A stretch of DNA of 64,000 bases from TPA_inf: Saccharomyces (taxonomy: Eukaryota): contig BK006945.2 of NCBI GenBank assembly GCA_000146045.2, positions 800,001 to 864,000 on the forward strand. The letters run 5' to 3'. Below the pieces are notes generated by a model that was given only the letters and a program-made list of their open reading frames with translations, made no database searches and was not told the origin of the DNA. Positions 23,828-34,351 of the stretch are shown piece by piece. Numbering within the stretch: the stretch's first letter is position 1; each line of letters starts with the position of its first letter. The position numbers and the translations under genes were made by a program.

Positions 23828-26413
23828 TTATAAGGATAATTGACGCTTCTGTTGCTCTCTAGCCCATCTTGCTGTATCTTTTGTGGCTTGACTGAACAAT
23901 TGGCCACTCCTAGTTCTTTTAATGTAATCAATAACCCAGTCTTGTCCATAAAATTGTTTGATTGAGCCGTCTGGAAACATCGCTGCTATATCACCAATCA
24001 ATCCGACTGCTGCTCTTGAGGTAGCATCCTCACTGTACAGCTGAGGATCTTCTGCAACTTGTGCAATGAACTGGAATATAGTACCAACATAAGGGAACAG
24101 AGCTTCAGGTTTATCATGAAGACCCGCTACTATACCCACATAAGCATCTAGTACTGCTTCTAGTACTTTTATTTGATAATCAAGGGCTTCTAATGTGCCG
24201 TTTTCCGGCTTCGTGTTTTGGGCAGCAACACACAACGCCATGATGTCATTCAAGTAGGGAATAAAATCAGCACCTATATTGGAAGCAATATCACCGAACA
24301 CGCTCAAGACGGCTGGTTTCAACTCTCTCCTTGCATTTGGATTAGAGATCATTTGAGCCAAGACATTCATCATAGCATCGGAATATCTTCTGAAATCTTC
24401 TTCTAACGAATTTGAAATATCAGCGATGAAGCCCACTGCGGTGATTGAAACTGGCGAATCTACTTGATTTAAAGCCTTTAATAAATAGGGAGAAAATGTT
24501 TCCAGGTATTTCTCAAATCCTTTACCCAAAGAAGCAGCTAGAGCTGAAATAGCATAAAACACATCGTCTTCAATAAACGCAGAGTCCTTTTTTTCCAACA
24601 ACCTGAAGAACAGTCCCATAAGCATATCTGCAACCGGTTCTACACTACTTGGACTTTTTCTAATAACGGCTGCTAGAACAGTCAATATATTTGACTGCAA
24701 TTCTTGCAAACTTTGCGCATCTTCTAACGTTAATTGATTTTCATCAACACTCATTGTCTGCCCTAATTTGTCCATAACAAACGTAGAAATGGAGGCGGAA
24801 GTTTCAGCTACCGTGTCCGTGGCGTATTCAACCATTGTTGTCAAGGCTGAAAAGGCGGATGCACGGGCATTGAACTCATTATCAATTCTATTTGCAGCAC
24901 CGATCAAACCATCTACAAGAGCGGGATAGAAGTTATAGATTGGAGATGGTGTGGCTTCTGCTAATTGTTCGACTAAGTTGATAATGGTCCAAGAACAGTT
25001 TGTGGCCACTTTTGGGTGATCTTGCAACCCAATTAAACAAGCTTGAACGACACCTGGAAGATGCTGTTGTGGGTCGATAGATTCAGCAACAGAATCAGCA
25101 ATTCTACCAATACACCAAGCAGTGGTTTCCTTAACTTGTAGGGATTGATCGTTCATTAAATTCAAAATAGATGGTAAGGCTTGGTGAACGTAATAGGTTC
25201 TTTGGACCTTATCAGGGCCATCCATAATGGAACCAAAGGCCATTACAGCAGCTTCACGATTCCTCCAGTTGTCAGCGGTAATATTTTGTTCAACAAATTC
25301 CAATACAGGTTCTAAGATATGATTGCCACAGTTTTGGGCAAACAACTGCAAGCATGCACCTGCGGACATGGAAACATTCCAATCGTCATCTTCTGGATCT
25401 TCATTTTGTCTCGTTAGAAGGTTCAACAAATTGGGGACAACATCTTTAATAGAAGAGAGAGCGAAATTATAACTCTGTAAAGGAGATTGAGGAAATTGAG
25501 CGAGCTCATAGGCAATATCGATTTCTTCTTCACAAATAGTGGACCAGAATTCCACAGTCATGGAAGCTACTTTATCATTTGGAGATTTCATTGTAGCTAT
25601 GGTCAATGCATATAGGGCTTGCTCCATGTAAGGTTTCATAAATGTATAGTATAGTGACATGATTTTACACAAACAACCAAAGGCAGCTGCTTGAACTTCT
25701 ATATCTTCAGCTTGAGTGGCTTCACAGACGACTTGCATAAGGTAGTTTCTTTCACCTTCGCGTTCCATGTTATTTTTGATGAAAATTAAAGAGTCTGCAA
25801 GAGCATTCAGAGCTGCCAGTCTGACTGCTTTGGAAGTTTCCGTAGATTGCGCACCCTGGACAATAGCGATTAAGATATTGTTTGATGAAGAAACTAAGGC
25901 TTGACTTTGAGGGTCTGCACTTTCACACATATAACCCAAGGCCAATAAAGAGGCTCTCTTGACATTTTCTGGTTGTTCCGCACCTGTATTGTCAACCATA
26001 ATTTTCATCAACTCTGGCCATGCGCCATGGGGCAACTCAATATCTGCTATAGCCGCAATCAATTGAGCTGCTGCATTTGCTATACGCGGTTCTATGGAGA
26101 CCAATGCGGTCAGCGCGTTAGTTTTAATTTGGTTTTTAGCTTCTGGACTAACCTGTGTAATCCAACGTTGTGCAAATTGCTGCGTCTTGACTGAGTCCTT
26201 GGACACCAGCTCGTTCTTCAAAGTTAGCGCCGCTAGAATACGCCCTTCTAGCTTTGTATTTTCATCGATAAGCACTTGCGAAGAAAGACCTGCAAATTGT
26301 AAGAAGTTGTCATTAGATAATTTCTTTAATTGCGTTTCACTAGTCAACCGAATGTTTTGGTCGGGACTTAAGATACTGTTCTCCAATAGTTGAGCAAATT
26401 CAGCGGTGGACAT
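23828..26413 (-). CDS. KAP95: Karyopherin/importin beta, 861 aa
   Basis: 861-aa ORF of HEAT repeats. The N-terminus MSTAEFAQLLENSILSPDQNIRLTSETQLKKL is the importin-beta N-terminal region. Confidence 0.93.
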   Translation of the reverse strand: MSTAEFAQLLENSILSPDQNIRLTSETQLKKLSNDNFLQFAGLSSQVLIDENTKLEGRILAALTLKNELVSKDSVKTQQFAQRWITQVSPEAKNQIKTNALTALVSIEPRIANAAAQLIAAIADIELPHGAWPELMKIMVDNTGAEQPENVKRASLLALGYMCESADPQSQALVSSSNNILIAIVQGAQSTETSKAVRLAALNALADSLIFIKNNMEREGERNYLMQVVCEATQAEDIEVQAAAFGCLCKIMSLYYTFMKPYMEQALYALTIATMKSPNDKVASMTVEFWSTICEEEIDIAYELAQFPQSPLQSYNFALSSIKDVVPNLLNLLTRQNEDPEDDDWNVSMSAGACLQLFAQNCGNHILEPVLEFVEQNITADNWRNREAAVMAFGSIMDGPDKVQRTYYVHQALPSILNLMNDQSLQVKETTAWCIGRIADSVAESIDPQQHLPGVVQACLIGLQDHPKVATNCSWTIINLVEQLAEATPSPIYNFYPALVDGLIGAANRIDNEFNARASAFSALTTMVEYATDTVAETSASISTFVMDKLGQTMSVDENQLTLEDAQSLQELQSNILTVLAAVIRKSPSSVEPVADMLMGLFFRLLEKKDSAFIEDDVFYAISALAASLGKGFEKYLETFSPYLLKALNQVDSPVSITAVGFIADISNSLEEDFRRYSDAMMNVLAQMISNPNARRELKPAVLSVFGDIASNIGADFIPYLNDIMALCVAAQNTKPENGTLEALDYQIKVLEAVLDAYVGIVAGLHDKPEALFPYVGTIFQFIAQVAEDPQLYSEDATSRAAVGLIGDIAAMFPDGSIKQFYGQDWVIDYIKRTRSGQLFSQATKDTARWAREQQKRQLSL

Positions 26414-26976
26414 TGCTCCTTGTGTGATATGATGGATTACTGTTAAATCAGTTTTATTCTACCCCTAAAAACCTTGCAAATATAAAGAGAAAAAGGACAG
26501 ATAATTCTCCAGTAATATTATCCTTTACTTCTTAATGATATCTGTTCTTTAAGCGAAAAATACAAGAAAAGAAACTGGAGAGTTTACGTATATTTGCCTC
26601 TCTTCGCAGTTATTTTTCTTTTTTTTTTATTTTTTTTTCCTTGGTTCTCTCATCCAAGTTTTTCCTTATTGCCCTTCCAGCAAAATTCGAAAATTTTCTT
26701 TCTCGCCAAAGAATTCTATACTCGTTTAACATGATACATTTATCGGAACATCGGTAGGAAGTGGCCTGCGACTGACTATCCATTTGATCGCTGCATGAGG
26801 AATGCTGGTTATCTATGTATCGGGACATGGTTGCAACGTTTCCAACAAGAACAAGAATAGAAAAAAAAATACCGAAAGCGTCCTTTGCGTTATACCTACC
26901 AACCGTGTACAAGCTTTACTCTTCTTGCTTTCTTTATTTGCTATGTATCTTTATGTTTATATGTATATAAATCTGC

Positions 26977-27873
26977 CTACTTGTCTTCCTTTGGCATGCC
27001 AACCCTATGTTTTTTCAATTGCTCAATTGCAAAGAAAATTAACATTGTGAATGGACCCAGTCTAGTGAAACTTGGCAACCACCCCCGGAACATGAAAGAT
27101 GGGCCCTCTTTGCGGACAGCGTCGGCAAGGATCTTCAAAGCCGGTTGATGGTCTCCGCTGCCGTTCATGATACGTGTCTTCATGACGTCTGCTGGAGAGC
27201 ACACAGTGGTGGCCACCAGGCCAGCCAACAGGGACGCTGTCAAGTGTGTATAGTTCTTGGATGCGTCGAAATCTAATTTTGTGACCAAGTAGTTCTTAAA
27301 CACGTCATACGTAACGACCTGACTTGCCGTCATCAGTATGCCCCTAACCATGTTAGGCTTCCAACCGGTAAACAAGGTTTTCAGTCCACCCTCGTAGCGA
27401 TATATCTTGTACACACCATCGATAGCGTTTTTGTAGTTTCTCCTCTTCGCTGCCTCCAAAGCAGAGTCGTTTTGCATTCTGATATTTACAACATCTGCAA
27501 AATTCCCTGCAAGCCCCCCAATGGCACCACTGAACATGGAGCAAGGTAAAAGATACGCCATGTTAGTCAATTGCTCGCGTGGGATCACATTCTCTTTCAA
27601 CAAGTCGTATGCACCGAATCTCACCGTCGTGTATGTACATTGCCTCAACACAGCAGCGCTCAGGCCGGAATATAACCCCACCACACCTTCATTCGCCAAG
27701 ATACTCTCCAACATCCTGAAGAGTGTGGGCTTGGGCATAGGAGCCGCCTGCAGTCTGACTTTGGCCAAGTCAAGAGGATGTGTCACCATGGTAGCAAAGA
27801 TACCCGCTGCACCTCCGTACCACCATGGATACTTGATATTCTTACCGGCAGACTCTTTTGCGTTGGTTGACAT
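26977..27873 (-). CDS. DIC1: Mitochondrial dicarboxylate carrier, 298 aa
   Basis: Three mitochondrial-carrier repeats with Px[DE]xx[KR] signatures (PLDLAKVRLQ, PADVVNIRMQ, PADVMKTRIM). Length 298 aa. Confidence 0.9.
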   Translation of the reverse strand: MSTNAKESAGKNIKYPWWYGGAAGIFATMVTHPLDLAKVRLQAAPMPKPTLFRMLESILANEGVVGLYSGLSAAVLRQCTYTTVRFGAYDLLKENVIPREQLTNMAYLLPCSMFSGAIGGLAGNFADVVNIRMQNDSALEAAKRRNYKNAIDGVYKIYRYEGGLKTLFTGWKPNMVRGILMTASQVVTYDVFKNYLVTKLDFDASKNYTHLTASLLAGLVATTVCSPADVMKTRIMNGSGDHQPALKILADAVRKEGPSFMFRGWLPSFTRLGPFTMLIFFAIEQLKKHRVGMPKEDK

Positions 27874-28729
27874 GCCGTCCAGCTGTTGCGTTATCTTTTC
27901 GACACTTTCAGAGCAAGAGAAACGAACCTCTACACATAAATATGCATACGATTATGTATATCCATATATATATATACACTACAAGCCGACCGCCCGACCG
28001 TTTCCTGCCCCCAACATTGCAGCGTAATCGCTTGCCAAAGACCACACCTTGCAGCCCTTTTATACAAACATGTCTACGACGTACAGTGGAGAGGGCCCTT
28101 TCCTTGGCACTCAACTGAGATTGCGACGCGATACCTTCTGCGACCGTTCCTACTATCGCGGCCATAACTCCAACAACGACAGCGGATGCGCTGTTCTGCG
28201 GATGCGTGACCGTATCCGCAAAGAACGAAGATTAAATTTAGGGTCCCCGGCATTGAGGATGGTTCTGCCAAGAACTCACGATATAAACCAGTTGGTTGAG
28301 CATCGCATGGATGAGTATGGCGTATTTTGATTGCTCATATATAGTGGGGGGGAATACTCATGCTGTGAAAAGCACAACTCTTTTCACTCAACGAGGTTAA
28401 TGCCTTCTTTGTCTCCACGCCGTTTTTTTCTGGCGCCCTTTTGAGAAAGATAGCCTGTCCCGTAATCGTGGCTTTGGCAGAGACAGAGGGTGAGCGAAAG
28501 AGCGGGCGAAACCGAGAATGGATTCCGAGTAAAGGATTGCGATGGCATGAAACAAAACCGAGAGGCACTCCTTGTAAGGACACACATACACAGACGTAAA
28601 CATATATATACATACGTATACTCAAATATATCTTCGTATCATTAGGTCAGCTTCTCTCTTCCGCACGTAGAATTAGAGAATTAACGCAAGACTATACCAT
28701 TATAAAAACGCATAAGAAACAGTTTCATC

Positions 28730-29380
28730 ATGATTGACCGCACTAAAAACGAATCTCCAGCTTTTGAAGAGTCTCCGCTTACCCCCAATGTGTCTAACCT
28801 GAAACCATTCCCTTCTCAAAGCAACAAAATATCCACTCCAGTGACCGACCATAGGAGAAGACGGTCATCCAGCGTAATATCACATGTGGAACAGGAAACC
28901 TTCGAAGACGAAAATGACCAGCAGATGCTTCCCAACATGAACGCTACGTGGGTCGACCAGCGAGGCGCGTGGTTGATTCATATCGTCGTAATAGTACTCT
29001 TGAGGCTCTTCTACTCCTTGTTCGGGTCGACGCCCAAATGGACGTGGACTTTAACAAACATGACCTACATCATCGGATTCTATATCATGTTCCACCTTGT
29101 CAAAGGTACGCCCTTCGACTTTAACGGTGGTGCGTACGACAACCTGACCATGTGGGAGCAGATTAACGATGAGACTTTGTACACACCCACTAGAAAATTT
29201 CTGCTGATTGTACCCATTGTGTTGTTCCTGATTAGCAACCAGTACTACCGCAACGACATGACACTATTCCTCTCCAACCTCGCCGTGACGGTGCTTATTG
29301 GTGTCGTTCCTAAGCTGGGAATTACGCATAGACTAAGAATATCCATCCCTGGTATTACGGGCCGTGCTCAAATTAGTTAG
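28730..29380 (+). CDS. ORM2: ORMDL-family ER membrane protein, regulator of sphingolipid synthesis, 216 aa
   Basis: Ser-rich N-terminal region followed by the conserved ORM core (WLIHIVVIVLLRLFY...GTPFDFNGGAYDNLTMWEQIND). Confidence 0.9.
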   Translation: MIDRTKNESPAFEESPLTPNVSNLKPFPSQSNKISTPVTDHRRRRSSSVISHVEQETFEDENDQQMLPNMNATWVDQRGAWLIHIVVIVLLRLFYSLFGSTPKWTWTLTNMTYIIGFYIMFHLVKGTPFDFNGGAYDNLTMWEQINDETLYTPTRKFLLIVPIVLFLISNQYYRNDMTLFLSNLAVTVLIGVVPKLGITHRLRISIPGITGRAQIS

Positions 29381-29405
29381 TTGGCTCTGCCTATACGCAT
29401 ATATG

Positions 29406-29436
<31 letters not shown>

Positions 29437-29488
29437 GTATATGTATATGTACGTATACCTTACATCATCATCTTTCTTTATATTCTCT

Positions 29489-30364
29489 CTAATGCGCATT
29501 TACATCGGAGTACACGTCAAATCTTCTTTGTTTGGTTAAGGGTACCGCTTGTCTAAATGACTCAATGACTTCGGGATCTAATTCAGCATAAATAATCTCT
29601 TCTCCCTCGCCAGCTTCAGCTACAATCTTGCCTCTAGGGTCCACCACTATAGAGTGGCCATATGCATGGTAAGAACTCTGTAGATTCCTTGCGGGAGAAC
29701 ATAACATCACGTACACTTGGTTGTCAACTGCCCTGCTTCTTGCCAGTAAATGCCAATGCAAGGGCCCTGTGACAGTGTTGAATGCACTAGGGTAGATCAT
29801 GGCAAACGCACCCTTGCGTGCACTTAGCATTGCGAGTTCCGGAAACCTCATGTCATAGCATATACCTACGCCAAACTTACCATATTTCGTGTCAATGGTA
29901 GTAGACTTCTCTCCAGGGCTCAAGGTTTCACTTTCATGGAACGATATACCGTTAGGAATGTCTACATCGAAAAGATGGACCTTCCGATGCTTGTCAATCA
30001 ACTTGCCATCCTCGTTGAAAATTATAGAGGTGTTGTAGATTTTGTCTGTCTTTGGATCCAATTCCGGAATTGTTCCTCCTACCAAGATGATTTTAAACTT
30101 ATTGGCTAAATTAGACAGAAATTGAACTGACGTCGAAGGCTCTTTCGGATTGATAACTTCTGAATACTTTCTAAACTGATCAGTGGAGTACGGAGAATTG
30201 AAGCATTCTGGCAATACGACCAACTTGGTATCCGGCTGTTCCTTCATAGCCCTTTCAATGAACGTTGCAGCCCTTTGAAGATTGGCCATTTTGTCAGGAC
30301 TCGAGCCTGACAGTTGGACCAACGCAACTTTAATTTTTTGTGAAAGAATCTTCGAAGCACTCAT
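29489..30364 (-). CDS. NIT3: Nitrilase-superfamily (carbon-nitrogen hydrolase) protein, 291 aa from the second in-frame ATG
   Basis: CN-hydrolase fold with the catalytic Cys region (ICYDMRFPE). The ORF track extends 5 codons upstream (MKIAS). The annotated 291-aa Nit3 starts at MSASKIL. Confidence 0.85.
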   Translation of the reverse strand: MSASKILSQKIKVALVQLSGSSPDKMANLQRAATFIERAMKEQPDTKLVVLPECFNSPYSTDQFRKYSEVINPKEPSTSVQFLSNLANKFKIILVGGTIPELDPKTDKIYNTSIIFNEDGKLIDKHRKVHLFDVDIPNGISFHESETLSPGEKSTTIDTKYGKFGVGICYDMRFPELAMLSARKGAFAMIYPSAFNTVTGPLHWHLLARSRAVDNQVYVMLCSPARNLQSSYHAYGHSIVVDPRGKIVAEAGEGEEIIYAELDPEVIESFRQAVPLTKQRRFDVYSDVNAH

Positions 30365-31115
30365 ACTGGCGATCTTCACGCCCTCCTGCTACTACAAAAG
30401 CTGTGTTTTTACAAGAATCAAATTAAGTTAGCAAGATATCATACAACATTATTGATAATTTTAATATCGTGTTCGTACCTGATGACGTATCTGTGCATTG
30501 ATAAGGCCCGCATGGTTTCAGAAAGCAGAGCGGGACGATTCCAAATTAGTGGCCTTGTGCTTTGCATGTCAATTGTGTTACCTTCAGCTCGTGGATTTGT
30601 TTTATCAATACACAGTCTACAGTCAAGAATTTTTTTTTATCAATTTGTGCGTTCGAGCGTATAAAATAGCCGCTGTAGCTACTTAAGTTCCTGTTCAGCG
30701 ATAGTTTTTTTCCATCACACGTACTATGGCACCAACTTTGTACTATTCCTTCCCCGTTTACTCAATTCTTGAAGCCAATTTGTACAATTCCCCATTAGAG
30801 TCAAATAAAAGGATGCCTCACGGAGGTATGTTACCCGCGCTATTTCACATGGCTCATTGAATTAGAGGTGGAATTTGGTGTACCCTCCCCTCCTCATCTG
30901 ATGAAGTAGTGATCCGACAATTCTTAAAAGTTGTAGACATTACTCTTACCACCAACTAAGTTGTATTTATATTGCTACCCTTATCCTTTTATATCTAACT
31001 AGCGCTTATAAGGTTGGGGCAATACTAAAACTGTGATCTTATTCAGCTCATTAAATACGTGGCAGTACGTACCCTATTAGAAACAATAGGAAACAACAGA
31101 GTCGGAAGAAGCCAA

Positions 31116-33539
31116 ATGCCAGATTTGAAGTCCAAGACCTTGTCAAGCCAATCTTTGGGAGCGGCTATTCCTCCAGAAATTGTGTACCAAATACTTACAT
31201 ACCAGTTTAGGGATTTGTTAAGAAATGACCATCCAGGTACGGCAGAAAAGTTTAACGAAAACTTAACTACATTTGTCAAAAGTAATTTAACTGTTAATAA
31301 GACATTCTCCCATATTTGTCAAGTTCTCATTTATAGATATTGTAATTTAACTACCGCAAAGAGATTTCACGGTCTTTTACAGACTTTAAAGGGAAATAGA
31401 TGCCTTTGCAATAAGATTGAAGTAGCCGATTTCCAAGAATTAACGTCTATTGGACTGGGGAGGTCCAGTGAGATGAATAAAATGATTAAAAATCTAACTA
31501 ACGAAACTCTTCTTGAGTTTCTAATGCTCACAAAAGCAAACTTAAGGGAATTCTTAGCATGTGAAAATATTCAAGACGATTTAGACGATAATATCATAAA
31601 GTATATTCTATCTCCAGGAAAAGTCTTGAGTGTAGTGGATTTCTGTGGCTGTTCAGGCACCACTTTCACAGAAAGTTTTATTAAGGCCCTGGATAAATAC
31701 TACCCTAATAAATCGATTGATCAGTACCGGCTGGAACCTATTCAACAAAATTATCAGATTACCTGCTTAGGCCTAAATGATTGTATTGATCTACCATCAC
31801 ACGTCCTTTGGAAGATCTTAAAAATGTTACCAGAACTACAAAAACTTGATTTATCTCATACCTCCATTGATGATAGTACCTTATATCACGGCATACCTCA
31901 CTGGAAAAATTTAACTCATCTTTCCCTCGCTACTTGTCTTCAAGTTACTCCAAGAGCGGTTCTGGAGTTTTTTAGTCATCACCCAACAATTACAGACCCT
32001 GACAACACTTCTACATTAGAATGGCTGAATGTTAGTGTCATTGCCCATTCCTCATCTTGGAATGAGGTGCACACAATGTTTTTACTAAAAAAACTTTGTC
32101 AACATGGCCATAACAAAACTTTGCAATATCTAAATATCGGCGGTTTACCGCTTCATGTTGCACCTTCTTTCGGCGAGGACCCTATTAGCGAATCCACTTA
32201 TTATTACCAATGCCGCGATAGCTTACAGTTCATAAAGTGGAATTTTCCGAAGTTAAAAAGTTTGAGTATAAAAGGTAATAGTATCCCGATATCTACGCTC
32301 GTAGAATTTTTGACACCAATTGATCAAGACCATCCTAATTGTGCTCAAAAATTGAAGTTTTTGAATATTTCTGGTAACTCTTATGTGAATAAATGGACTA
32401 TTCAGGACTCATTATTGTACACTTGTTCTCCAAGTTTAGTCGCGTTAGAAGTTTCCTTTGACTCGTGGCAACAGATTGAAAAACTAAATGATAGACATGA
32501 AATTATTGCATACAGATATAAAAACCCAAATTCGGTAATTAAAGATATTTCAACAGCAGAACAAGTAAAGTGGAAATGTTACATTGATTCTTCTTATGGT
32601 AGGAGATATTGGTTATATAAGACTGATCCTTTCCTGAATCGTGATGACTTGGATTCTAAGTCAAATTTAACTAGGTATGATTTTGAGGGTCACAAAATCA
32701 TAGAAATTATAAACCAGCCGGATTTCCTAAAGTTTGCCCAAAGTAAAATCATGCTTGGATGTGGTCTAGTTCCTCAAAGTGGTATTAGACGTAAACTATG
32801 TTACAGAGATTTAAAGCCACCAGTTTCTCAATTCTTAAATAGAAAAGGTGCGATCAGCCTTGGTGATACTCCACTACCAATAATTACCCCAACATTACCT
32901 CGTGGTGGGTGGAGAATCATCCATAATGAGGACGACAACAACAGTCATGTGGAAGATAGCCAAAATCACGTGAATGCCATCCCAAGAAGGAATTCTCTGT
33001 TGAGCAGACCCACTTTAAGAAGCAACAATGGTTCTTCCTCTGCCAACCCCTTTGCTATCAATGTTTCTCCTGCATCTCAAATCAGGGATGGTTTGTACTG
33101 GGATAGGTCGGTCCATGATTTACGTGAGCTATCATTGCAAGAACAAAGAATTCAGGAGTTAGCTGATGAGCAGCAGGAACTAAGAACAATCGCAAACTTT
33201 GAAGAGACTGACGACGAATATTTGCACGATCCCGACTTGCAACGGAGAAGGTCCCAACTTCACTTATTTGAAAGTTCGCGCTCACGTTCAGGAAATAAAA
33301 CAAGACCAAGTTTAACTGGTGAACACTCGTCCTCGGCATCGTTTCTATCCTTCTCCCACTTCAACCACCTTCACAAGCGTAAGAATTATTATTTCACGCA
33401 TCCCGATGAATTTGTCTATGATCCAAAGGATCCTCTGACGACTCAAAGATATAGATTACATTTTGAAATAGTCAACGAATATCAAGTTTTTGGGTGCATT
33501 GAGCGTGGAATGTATAGATACTACAGTTTAAAAGCATAG
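31116..33539 (+). CDS. LUG1: F-box/LRR-like protein YLR352W, 807 aa from an internal ATG
   Basis: 826-aa open frame. The recalled annotated product is 807 aa, starting at MPDLKSKTL (ATG 31116). An F-box-like segment lies near the N-terminus. Confidence 0.7.
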   Translation: MPDLKSKTLSSQSLGAAIPPEIVYQILTYQFRDLLRNDHPGTAEKFNENLTTFVKSNLTVNKTFSHICQVLIYRYCNLTTAKRFHGLLQTLKGNRCLCNKIEVADFQELTSIGLGRSSEMNKMIKNLTNETLLEFLMLTKANLREFLACENIQDDLDDNIIKYILSPGKVLSVVDFCGCSGTTFTESFIKALDKYYPNKSIDQYRLEPIQQNYQITCLGLNDCIDLPSHVLWKILKMLPELQKLDLSHTSIDDSTLYHGIPHWKNLTHLSLATCLQVTPRAVLEFFSHHPTITDPDNTSTLEWLNVSVIAHSSSWNEVHTMFLLKKLCQHGHNKTLQYLNIGGLPLHVAPSFGEDPISESTYYYQCRDSLQFIKWNFPKLKSLSIKGNSIPISTLVEFLTPIDQDHPNCAQKLKFLNISGNSYVNKWTIQDSLLYTCSPSLVALEVSFDSWQQIEKLNDRHEIIAYRYKNPNSVIKDISTAEQVKWKCYIDSSYGRRYWLYKTDPFLNRDDLDSKSNLTRYDFEGHKIIEIINQPDFLKFAQSKIMLGCGLVPQSGIRRKLCYRDLKPPVSQFLNRKGAISLGDTPLPIITPTLPRGGWRIIHNEDDNNSHVEDSQNHVNAIPRRNSLLSRPTLRSNNGSSSANPFAINVSPASQIRDGLYWDRSVHDLRELSLQEQRIQELADEQQELRTIANFEETDDEYLHDPDLQRRRSQLHLFESSRSRSGNKTRPSLTGEHSSSASFLSFSHFNHLHKRKNYYFTHPDEFVYDPKDPLTTQRYRLHFEIVNEYQVFGCIERGMYRYYSLKA

Positions 33540-34351
33540 ATATTTTTCTCTTTACTTCCTTACCCTTCCTCCGCTCTCGTCTTGTGTCTTGTATATGATT
33601 TCTATATATGGTAAAATATTGCATACATCGTCTACCATTTAGCCAGACTTTTCGGAAACGAATTTAATGATTGCAGCAAATTCCCTTCCCCTATCAACTG
33701 ATTGAAGAATGCCTCGAAACGCAATGTGATTTTTAAGTTTTCCATTTTTTTTTTTTTCATAAGGGAAGCCTCTCTCCTCCGAAAAAGGTAAACATTGCGA
33801 AAAATGATCCAAAAGAGAGAATAAAAAAACAATTAGAAAATGATTTACTCATCCGCTTACTAGAGAGGCCAAACCGGATAGTCCTGACGCTAATAAGAGT
33901 AGGATTAAGTTCATTGTGGTGTGTTTTTTTATTGCGCGTAAGCGATACCTGCAAAATTCATTATAATTTTCAATCACCTTCCATCAATTATCAATACCCC
34001 ATACTAAGAACAGGCAATTGGTTTAGGAAGGAAAATAATAAAGATATCCAAAAACAACTGGAAGCTTTCCAGTCGCGACCTCTGTTTTGTTCGAACTTCT
34101 AGTTAACAAAAGAAAGACCATTCAATTGCTTTTTTAATATTCATTATTGACGATTTTTATTTCTAGGCGATTACCGGTATACTTTTCATTCTTTTGATAA
34201 GATAATAAATCCAATTACATTCGCTTATTTTAATTCAATTTAGACTATAACTTTCTCTTAACTCTAGGAGTTTCTTTCTTGAATCGAAGCATTTTTGACA
34301 ATACCCAATATCCTCTTTCTACTTGAGAATTTTTTCGATTCTACATGAAGT

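Noticed and set aside
27521-28027. 168-aa + strand ORF overlapping the DIC1 5' end
   Set aside because: It overlaps a bona fide mitochondrial-carrier gene on the other strand and extends into its promoter. Low-complexity translation. Likely the dubious YLR349W.
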